A stretch of 64,000 nucleotides of DNA from Thecamonas trahens ATCC 50062 (lineage: Eukaryota > Protista > Apusomonadida). The stretch spans positions 342,748 through 406,747 of the forward strand of contig NW_013657650.1 in the NCBI RefSeq assembly GCF_000142905.1. The letters run 5' to 3'. The position numbers and the translations under genes are program-made. Positions 63,663 to 64,000 of this stretch are shown here, piece after piece (positions within the stretch are counted from its first letter, which is position 1; every line of letters begins with the position of its first letter). Under the pieces are notes generated by a model. That model was not told where the DNA came from, ran no database searches, and saw only the letters and a program-made list of their open reading frames with translations.

Positions 63663-64000
63663 GGGGGTGGGGGCTGTGGCTGGAATGGAAGTGGTGGTGA
63701 TGAAGTAGGGGGTGAGGGTGGTGGTTGGGGGTAAGGGGCGTAATGAGTATGGTAGGGGGGATGAGGGGGTCGTGGAGTGGAGGCATGGCGGGCGAAGTGA
63801 TGGTGGGTATGGCGATTGGGCTTGCAGATGGATGTGGGTGGGTATGGTGAGGATGAAGGGTGTGTGTGGGGTGGTTGATGAGGGTGGAGGGGCTTGGGTG
63901 GCGAGGGAGAGGAGGGCGGGACGGATTGGATTCAGATGGACGTCGATGGAGACGAGGGCTTGGGATTGGAAGAGGAGGCAGACCACTGCACTCTAGCCCG

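Overview
GC-rich, gene-dense, intron-poor eukaryotic scaffold segment with four N gaps. Gene content and composition suggest a unicellular amorphean protist such as the apusomonad Thecamonas trahens; this is inference, not verified. About 23 protein-coding genes are supported: a giant EF-hand/PA/SPRY/HECT E3 ligase, two signal-peptide JmjC oxygenases, a GAF-GAF class I phosphodiesterase, an EH-domain protein, an HD phosphohydrolase, an MGC-acylated EF-hand protein, ARP4, a coiled-coil protein, a MYND-like protein, two paralogous FG-GAP/beta-helix/Cys-rich/multi-TM surface receptors, a mitochondrial Obg GTPase, a patatin, a PH-PH-SH3 protein, NDUFA9, a BRCT-BRCT-WGR-Macro protein, RAD23, NDUFAF8, an ANK-WW-RING E3, a conserved unknown alpha-solenoid protein, an O-fucosyltransferase-family protein and a UvrD/Srs2-like helicase. 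The top candidate for a new system is the protein at 40791-42657. It has a PARP-type DNA-break-sensing front end (BRCT-BRCT-WGR) but a macroH2A1.1-like ADP-ribose-reader macrodomain in place of the catalytic domain, and no histone fold. Other signals: 18 apparent frameshifts, all fixed by adding one base to a short homopolymer (most likely sequencing undercalls, but testable); convergent genes with about 20 bp or overlapping stop codons; and a possible secretory-pathway modification set of lumenal JmjC enzymes, an O-FucT and Cys-rich receptors. No rRNA, tRNA, CRISPR array or transposon was recognised.
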